Source: Phycisphaerales bacterium
GTDB taxonomy: Bacteria; Planctomycetota; Phycisphaerae; WQYP01
Direction of reading: 5' to 3'
DNA: 64,000 nucleotides
Assembly: GCA_009781185.1 (NCBI GenBank)
Contig: WQYP01000004.1
Coordinates: 232 to 64,231, forward strand
The stretch's first letter is position 1. Each line of letters opens with the position of its first letter. Made by a program: the position numbers and the translations under genes. Below are positions 57,756 through 64,000 of this stretch, in pieces. The notes under the pieces were generated by a model. That model saw only the letters and a list, made by a program, of their open reading frames with translations. It was not told the origin of the DNA and did no database searches.

Positions 57756-58168
57756 TATTGCAGTGCTCCCACAAAGATGCCGCCTTTGACGTTCGTGTCG
57801 TCTTGGCCCTCCTGGGTGAACCGCCAGCGATAGAACGCTTCATTAAAGTTGCTGCCGATGAGTGCTCGGGCGTTGATGATGAGCGGCTGGCCACGAAATG
57901 GCGGCATCAACCCGCCGGTACCGATTTCGCGCCAGAACAAAAATCCCTCGCCGTCGAAAACTCGAATCCATCCCAGTTGCTCCGGCGTCGCCGTTTTCGT
58001 ATCAAGCGAGAAAAAGATATTTTCAAAATCCCGATCGCTCGCGAACTCGACCTGCACGTTCATCGGAACATCGGTATTGCTCGGAAACGGCACCATCACC
58101 GTAATATCACGATCTTGCGATACCGCTGGTCCTGCACCAGAACATGGCCTGAATCGGTAAGGCATCAT
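57755..58168 (-). CDS. hypothetical phage protein
   Basis: ATG at 58168 overlaps the upstream stop (TAATG). Confidence 0.35.
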   Translation of the reverse strand: MMPYRFRPCSGAGPAVSQDRDITVMVPFPSNTDVPMNVQVEFASDRDFENIFFSLDTKTATPEQLGWIRVFDGEGFLFWREIGTGGLMPPFRGQPLIINARALIGSNFNEAFYRWRFTQEGQDDTNVKGGIFVGALQ

Positions 58169-58425
58169 TACGTTCCTCCGACCACAGTCACGACATCGCC
58201 GGGCGTGCCTTTGACGAAAATTTCCGAGAGGTCCACACAAACGCAGCGATGCCATTCCGCCGCCAGGTGCGACCAGGGCACATCCTTGCCATCGGTCCCG
58301 CGAAAAAACACCGGCCCGACATTGCTCGGCGGCACATTGATATCCACGCTGGCCACCAACGACTGCTTCGACAACGGCTGGTATTCCCCGGAAAGATCAA
58401 CACGTAACATGACGAAGTTTTTCAT
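58168..58425 (-). CDS. hypothetical phage protein
   Basis: 85-aa ORF coupled to the downstream gene. Confidence 0.35.
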   Translation of the reverse strand: MKNFVMLRVDLSGEYQPLSKQSLVASVDINVPPSNVGPVFFRGTDGKDVPWSHLAAEWHRCVCVDLSEIFVKGTPGDVVTVVGGT

Positions 58426-58433
58426 AGATTGAT

Positions 58434-58865
58434 TTACCTCATAACGCGGTACGTGAAAGTCAGAACACTCGTGAAAACTTGCTTACTTTGCAGGTGATCG
58501 GGCGAGTAGATCGGCTCGTTTTCAGTTTTTACCCACGCTGCCGATCCATCGCCGGGCAGGTCCAAACGCCGTAAACGCAACTCGTCGGCGATCCGCTGGA
58601 CCTTTGCCATCAACGCGTCGAGCGCCTCCGTATCATCGGGATCGATTTTCTGCTGCACACCAACATCGACGGACACGTCATGCTGATTAACGTTCCGACC
58701 CAGGCTGGTGATCTCAATGCCTCGCGGCACCACCGACACCCGCAATGTCTTGAGTTCCGCGAGATCAAATTCGGGCCGATAGGCCCGCACCGCGTCGAGC
58801 TTGAGCGGCTCCGCTTTGAGCGCCGCAACAATCGCGTCCGCAACATCAATGGGCAGTGACAACAT
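58434..58865 (-). CDS. hypothetical phage head-tail region protein
   Basis: Position between the capsid and tail genes. Confidence 0.4.
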   Translation of the reverse strand: MLSLPIDVADAIVAALKAEPLKLDAVRAYRPEFDLAELKTLRVSVVPRGIEITSLGRNVNQHDVSVDVGVQQKIDPDDTEALDALMAKVQRIADELRLRRLDLPGDGSAAWVKTENEPIYSPDHLQSKQVFTSVLTFTYRVMR

Positions 58866-58866
58866 C

Positions 58867-59109
58867 TCAATGCATCCAAAAGACCTGAAAGAACTGCATC
58901 GCGTCGGAAGCCAGAATGCTCACGAGCGCTCCGATCACAATCCAGGTGACACGTTTGCGCCACGCTTCGTTTTGCTCCAGGCGGTCGAGACGCAACTGAA
59001 TGCCTGGTTTGCCGTTGCCGCGAATCGCTTCGTCCAGGTGTTCGAGTTTGCGGTGGATCGCACAAAATTCTCCCCGGCATGTCATGTCATAATTGGGACA
59101 CTCGTTCAT
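58867..59109 (-). CDS. small protein with C-terminal TM helix
   Basis: ATG at 59109 overlaps the upstream stop (ATGA). Confidence 0.35.
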   Translation of the reverse strand: MNECPNYDMTCRGEFCAIHRKLEHLDEAIRGNGKPGIQLRLDRLEQNEAWRKRVTWIVIGALVSILASDAMQFFQVFWMH

Positions 59110-59516
59110 GGATTCTCCACATCTATTTGCTTGGTGTGTATCCGCAACGTCTGCCGATACGCATCGCTCCATCGCCAGCACGGTTCATCACCGGGACCAA
59201 CCACCTCGTACACAAACACCTGCCCCCCCCCAGTACCACTGGTTTCCCGAATCCGGTCTCCGCGTCGCGGCACTATCGGCGTTCCACCGATCATCAAATC
59301 CGCCGCCAAGATCAGATAATCCCGGCTCTCGATTCGCAGCAGAGCGCCGCCACCGTCATCAATCTGAAACACCGTGGTGCCGATCGTTGCTGGTACTTCC
59401 ACCGTCCCTCCCCCTTCACCGCCCCCCCCGCCTCGCTGGTAGACCACGGGCTGAGTCATAAACTTCGTCCGCTGGTCTTCCAGCCAGGCCATGCCTTTCT
59501 GCAGGAGGTCAACCAT
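59106..59516 (-). CDS. hypothetical phage head-tail protein (Gly-rich)
   Basis: 136-aa ORF. Confidence 0.4.
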   Translation of the reverse strand: MVDLLQKGMAWLEDQRTKFMTQPVVYQRGGGGGEGGGTVEVPATIGTTVFQIDDGGGALLRIESRDYLILAADLMIGGTPIVPRRGDRIRETSGTGGGQVFVYEVVGPGDEPCWRWSDAYRQTLRIHTKQIDVENP

Positions 59517-59529
59517 CTCGGCTCGCTCC

Positions 59530-59859
59530 TCACTGCGTCAATCGCACCCGCACCGTGATATCAGTATCGGTGGCGGCTTGAATGGTTTTGCCGATGAGCT
59601 TGTTGCCGGTGGCGGTGGCCGTAGCTTGCTGTGCGGCCACATTCCAATACACGCTGACGCCCACGCCGATGGCGCTACTGGCAGCCGTGGCTTTTGGAAA
59701 ATCAAAAACGCCAGAGACCGCCAAGCTGCCCTGCGTATTGGCCGGAATGGGCCGCTTGGTGACGCCCACCAATTCCCCCTGCACAACCACCGCACCCGCC
59801 GCCACATCAACACTGGGCGTATAGTCAATGTTGTCACCAGCTTGCACAAACACAGCCAT
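59530..59859 (-). CDS. small phage head-associated protein (DUF2190-like)
   Basis: ATG at 59859 with RBS GGAGAG. Immediately after the capsid gene. Confidence 0.4.
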   Translation of the reverse strand: MAVFVQAGDNIDYTPSVDVAAGAVVVQGELVGVTKRPIPANTQGSLAVSGVFDFPKATAASSAIGVGVSVYWNVAAQQATATATGNKLIGKTIQAATDTDITVRVRLTQ

Positions 59860-59934
59860 AATGAAGCTCTCCAAAAAATCACCTTGTCACCTTGTCACCC
59901 GTTCACCTTGTCACGCCCCCCCCTCCTCCTCCCG

Positions 59935-61983
59935 TTACGCTTCCCCTTTGCTGCGAACCCCGGCCCGTGGGTCTTGCAGTGCGACGCCGAAGTCGTGATA
60001 GCCGCGCATCTTCACACCCAGCACATTGAAATCCGCCTCGGCGGTTTCGATGGTCGGAGACTCCTGCCCGTTCAAAAACGCGACTTCAATCAGCGGCAAA
60101 TCGTTGGGGTCGGCGAGCAGATACCACGCCTTTTGGCTGTTGCCGATGTACTTGCTGTTGCCGAGATATCGAGAGACTTCCACGCGATATTTTCCTTGGT
60201 GTGGGTTGGCGATGGGGTATTTGTTGTTGGCGGTGGTGTCGCGCAGTTCCATGCTCTTGTAAAGTTGCGAGCCGATGGCCGAGAGAGTCGTGGGAACCAG
60301 CATGATCGCGGGCATGATGCCGATGGGTTTGCCGTCGGAGTCCACTTGATCCATGAAAGAGGTTTCAGCTTTGGTCAACCCGTCGATGTTGAGGATCGTA
60401 TCCGCGCCCACCAGCAGGTTCTTGTTGGCGGCGGTGAAGAATGCGGCGTTATTCAAGAAGATCGTCCAGAATACGTCGTTGATCTTGAGACCCGAGCCGC
60501 GCCCGAGTTTTCGCGGCACTGTCGTGATCGCTCCGAGGTCGTCGTTGATGGTGTCGCGACGGTCGATGGTGAGCATCAAACCGTAGGTGTCCGCCTTGTT
60601 GGTGTAGGTCTCGTTGCCCAGCGTCCCGTGCTTGAGTTCGCCACCGGGGGCAACCTTTTCATATTGGTCCGTGCCGATGAGACGGTAACTGGTGACGGTC
60701 TTGAAGTCGTTGACGCTGCGAACGGCACAGATGTTCCGCCATGTGCGCTCGACCGAAAAGAAGCCTTCGAGCAACGCCTTGTTGGCGACATTCGACAGGA
60801 TTCCGCCGATGTCGATGGTACTCCACCCCGCCATTACCTGATCCTGCGAAGCGAAAGCCATCCGCATGATGGTGTGGGGATCGGAACGGAAGCTGTAGCC
60901 GCCGTAACCATTCGCTCTCGCCGCTTCCAAAAACAATTCCTGCAACCCAATCCCGTTACGGAACCGCTTGTCGGCAGCCTCCAGCGCCTGCTCGTCGCAA
61001 TGTTCCTCGGGCTTTGCGATCCCCGCCGACAGCAGACACGCCGCCTCAAGCACCTCCTGATTCACGGCACCGGGGCCAGAGATGGAGAATCCCATCGGTG
61101 CTCCTCCTCGCACCGCACCGGTCTTGGGCCGTCCCTCTCGCAGAACCTCCAGTTCCGTCTTCGTGGCATCCCAATTCTCGGCGATGGCTTTCGCTTCGAT
61201 CTCCGCAAAGTGCCGCCCGCCCGCCCCCCCCGGAGCGGACGGCGCACAAAGTTTGCGAATGGTGGCGACGCGATTGGTTTCCGCCAGCGCCTCGGCACGA
61301 ATGTCCGCCGCCGTGGGCGTGGGTGCCGCTTGGATCGCCGGGACCGGCGCGACAGTGGTCGAAGTTTCCGAAGCCGTCACGGTGGTGGCCGTTTCCATGA
61401 TATTTGTCTCCTGCTGAGGACGGCTCGCGGCCACCTTCGCGGAGGTATTGCCATCAGCGCCCAGGTCCACAAAACTGATCTCACCGAGCGTCGCCTTGCG
61501 AACGACGTTCACCGGGCCATGAAATAGCCACCCATTGACTTGTGTCTTCTGGCCGTCTTTGACAAACTCGAAATCATCGACGCTCGCACCGATACTGGCC
61601 TGCCAGGGGAATCCATTCTTGCCCGACGTGACAATCTCCTTCGCCGCCGCCGTGTCCCGCGACACCACCCCCGTCGCGATAAGCTGTCCGTTCTCGATAC
61701 GGATCATGTCGGTGTGTCCGACGCCGGCGGCGGCATCGTGGCCGAAACGGATGGGACGGTTCTGGCTGGGGATCGTCAGTCCCGCCAGATCGATGACCAC
61801 CGGATGTCGCCAGCCAGCGAGGCGCATCTGCCCGCCGGTATAGGCGACCATGCGAAATTTCGGCAGTCCCCCCCCTTGCGTTGCGCCACCGACTTCCGCG
61901 CCAGCGGCGGCTTCAATCTGAAAACTCGCCGTCAGCGTCAACGGCCCCGCTTCAGGCTGCTCGTTTTGAGGTGTTTTGGTCAT
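59935..61983 (-). CDS. phage prohead protease (U35/HK97-type) fused to HK97-fold major capsid protein, copy 2
   Basis: N-terminal MVAYTGGQMRLAGW ... PIRFGHD ... EISFVDLGADGNTSA. C-terminal FKTVTSYRLIGT ... GELKHGT ... GYHDFGVALQDPRAGVRSKG. Confidence 0.75.
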   Translation of the reverse strand: MTKTPQNEQPEAGPLTLTASFQIEAAAGAEVGGATQGGGLPKFRMVAYTGGQMRLAGWRHPVVIDLAGLTIPSQNRPIRFGHDAAAGVGHTDMIRIENGQLIATGVVSRDTAAAKEIVTSGKNGFPWQASIGASVDDFEFVKDGQKTQVNGWLFHGPVNVVRKATLGEISFVDLGADGNTSAKVAASRPQQETNIMETATTVTASETSTTVAPVPAIQAAPTPTAADIRAEALAETNRVATIRKLCAPSAPGGAGGRHFAEIEAKAIAENWDATKTELEVLREGRPKTGAVRGGAPMGFSISGPGAVNQEVLEAACLLSAGIAKPEEHCDEQALEAADKRFRNGIGLQELFLEAARANGYGGYSFRSDPHTIMRMAFASQDQVMAGWSTIDIGGILSNVANKALLEGFFSVERTWRNICAVRSVNDFKTVTSYRLIGTDQYEKVAPGGELKHGTLGNETYTNKADTYGLMLTIDRRDTINDDLGAITTVPRKLGRGSGLKINDVFWTIFLNNAAFFTAANKNLLVGADTILNIDGLTKAETSFMDQVDSDGKPIGIMPAIMLVPTTLSAIGSQLYKSMELRDTTANNKYPIANPHQGKYRVEVSRYLGNSKYIGNSQKAWYLLADPNDLPLIEVAFLNGQESPTIETAEADFNVLGVKMRGYHDFGVALQDPRAGVRSKGEA

Positions 61984-63457
61984 TGTTCGTCTCCGTTTTA
62001 GGTTTCGCTGCCGACGGCGTAACTTGCGCCACGGTCAAACCGAGTTTGTTCATCAATGCCACTTCCTTGGCCCGCTGGCGAAGCTCGTCTTCCCAATCGC
62101 GTCCTTGACGGGCATATTCATATGCAAGCGTTGTGGTGTTACTGGCCAGTCGCGTGGCTTGGGCGTTGGCTTCCTTGGCAGGATCGACGTGTTCCTGCCC
62201 ATCCCAGAACCACTGATGGCCGAGTTCGCTGAAAGGCGTGTTCTTCAACTCTGGCGGCAGGAGGTTCGGAATGAGAACCGCTTCCTCGAACCAGGCCCGC
62301 AGCACATGGTCGAGCACGATGCGCCCGATCTGCTCCTGATCGACGCGAATGGATTTGTAATAGGTCTGGTGATCCAACCGCCCCGATGCATAGTTGTAGC
62401 CCGACGAATTGCCGGCGGCGACGTTGAAGGGCATGTTCAGGCAGCGAGCGATCTCGTTAAGGATTTCCCGCTTGAACATTTCGTAAGTGGTCGCGGGCTG
62501 CTCGGCCTTGACCTGCGACGGCTCCCATCCCTCCGGCGTAAAGACCGCCATGTTCGGCACGAACTCCATCTCCGTCATCGGTTCGACCTCGGCGGCCTCC
62601 CCGCCCGCCGGCGCGTTTGTCTTCATCAGGATCGAAATGTTCGCCACGCTCTCGGCGGCGGAGACCACCGCCAGCGTGTAACGCCGCAACTGAGCAAACA
62701 GCGGCAGCGCCGGCGTGATATCCGGAATCCCACGACTCTGGCCCGGACGATCCGTGCAGTAGTAATGAATGACCGACGCCGCCGGGATCGGATCGGACTT
62801 GAGGTCTGTGAATACTCCGCGTTCGCCGGGATGATTCTTGAGGATGTGATACAGAACCGGGTTGCCGTAGGAATCGAAAACGATGCCGTCAACGAAGGCT
62901 GTAGGCTGAAGGCCGGAGGCCGAAGCGGAAACTCCTTCAGCCTTCGGCCTACGGCCTACAGCCTCATACGGCGTGGCAACCTGATCGGCTTCGATCAATT
63001 GCAAATCGAGTTTGACCGGCGAATCCACCTGCGGATTGGCGACCAGCAGAATAAAGCATTCACCGGACTCGGCTCTTGCCATCCGCATCGTCCGCAGCTT
63101 GTCGGCCAGATTGATCGCTTCGGCCCACCGATTGAAAGCGTCTTCAATCAAGGCGTTGACCGCATCGTCGCCTGTGAGCATCTGCAAGCTCGGCCCGGTG
63201 CCGATGGTGTCGTTCGCGAGCGTGAGCACGATCCCACGAGCATAGGAATTATTGGCGACCTCATACCTCGCCCGATTCCGCAACACTCGCCGCACATGCG
63301 GCAGATTCGCCGCATTCGCCGACAACCCATCCGCCGCCGCCCAGTGCTTGCGGTTGTCCGGCGTCGTCTGCGCCGCATCGTAGCGCCCACGCACATACAG
63401 CGGCGAGTTCACCGCCGCCTTGACCTGCTTGGTTTTGGTCCAGGGCCAGAATCCCAT
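61952..63457 (-). CDS. phage portal protein
   Basis: 501 aa, located upstream of the protease-capsid gene. Confidence 0.7.
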   Translation of the reverse strand: MGFWPWTKTKQVKAAVNSPLYVRGRYDAAQTTPDNRKHWAAADGLSANAANLPHVRRVLRNRARYEVANNSYARGIVLTLANDTIGTGPSLQMLTGDDAVNALIEDAFNRWAEAINLADKLRTMRMARAESGECFILLVANPQVDSPVKLDLQLIEADQVATPYEAVGRRPKAEGVSASASGLQPTAFVDGIVFDSYGNPVLYHILKNHPGERGVFTDLKSDPIPAASVIHYYCTDRPGQSRGIPDITPALPLFAQLRRYTLAVVSAAESVANISILMKTNAPAGGEAAEVEPMTEMEFVPNMAVFTPEGWEPSQVKAEQPATTYEMFKREILNEIARCLNMPFNVAAGNSSGYNYASGRLDHQTYYKSIRVDQEQIGRIVLDHVLRAWFEEAVLIPNLLPPELKNTPFSELGHQWFWDGQEHVDPAKEANAQATRLASNTTTLAYEYARQGRDWEDELRQRAKEVALMNKLGLTVAQVTPSAAKPKTETNNDQNTSKRAA

Positions 63458-63459
63458 AC

Positions 63460-63708
63460 TTACACTGCTCCAGGAGGAACAATCTTGACTCGGGTAAAAC
63501 CTTTGGATGGGTTCTTCAACGCTTCCTTTGCCGCGAGATATTTGTCCGCTTCGATCAAATCCTTCAGCGAATGCTGCTCGACCTCCCCGCTGTCTCCCTT
63601 GGCTCTTTTAGGTCCGGAAGCGTTGGTGTTGATAAATTCTTTCAAGTCGTGCATCGTGCGGTCCTTTCCCTGACTACTTACCGGCGAGCAAGGAAAAGTG
63701 TCTGCCAA
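63460..63708 (-). CDS. small phage protein upstream of portal
   Basis: 82-aa ORF. The terminase genes are presumably beyond the window end. Confidence 0.3.
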   Translation of the reverse strand: MADTFPCSPVSSQGKDRTMHDLKEFINTNASGPKRAKGDSGEVEQHSLKDLIEADKYLAAKEALKNPSKGFTRVKIVPPGAV

Positions 63709-64000
63709 AATGGAAAGATTTCTGAAAAAAAGTCAGAAAAGTACCATATGTAGTACGAAAATAAATTATTGAAATGCAGTCATGTGTCCGCCCCCCCAAA
63801 AAAAAGAAAGTTAATGCTTCGACAAGATTGGTTCACGATTCGATGGAATCGGACGTTCGTAAGTGGTCATCGTTTGTCCGCAATGTCGGCACCGGCGGTA
63901 GCGAACGACCATATGGACGGACTGGCGCGTGCAATACACGATGAGGTGGCGACACCCACATTTTCGACATTCCATTCCACGATCTTCCCCTCCCCACTCT

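Noticed and set aside
59935-61983. Second HK97-fold protein considered as an encapsulin shell gene
   Set aside because: It carries an N-terminal U35 prohead-protease-like domain and lies in portal and tail gene context. No cargo-protein gene with a targeting peptide was seen.
59491-63673. Long plus-strand ORFs (678 aa and 565 aa) antisense to capsid copy 2 and portal
   Set aside because: Arg/Gly/His-rich low-complexity translations. The minus-strand genes have clear phage capsid and portal features.

Overview
This 64-kb window comes from a moderately high-GC bacterial genome. By eye it is rich in signal-peptide, TPR, PstS-like and LRR proteins; a Planctomycetota-like lineage is my inference only. 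The left half (1 to 31 kb) holds housekeeping and accessory genes: a nucleotide-sugar dehydrogenase, comF, an operon with an ICMT-like methyltransferase, a condensation-like protein and a nucleotidyltransferase, trpS, and a DDE transposase. It also holds a small island where an AbiEi/AbiEii module is flanked by two paralogous REC-wHTH-HTH response regulators, each followed 3' by a distinct short-repeat array. Further right are a secreted TPR / PstS-like / LRR gene set containing a low-GC trio of secreted proteins, and a Liv-type ABC transporter operon interrupted by a low-GC cassette. That cassette encodes a standalone alanyl-tRNA-synthetase catalytic-core-like protein and a 4-TM membrane protein. 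The right half (31.8 to 63.7 kb) is one minus-strand, phage-derived cluster. It carries a portal gene, two paralogous prohead-protease/major-capsid fusions, head-tail genes, a major tail protein, a tape measure, an ECF-like sigma factor, an AAA_25 replication ATPase, an operator-like repeat array with a small wH regulator, a large serine recombinase and downstream cargo genes. I recognised no rRNA, tRNA or CRISPR by eye. All coordinates and functions are from reading the sequence and ORF track only, with no searches run.
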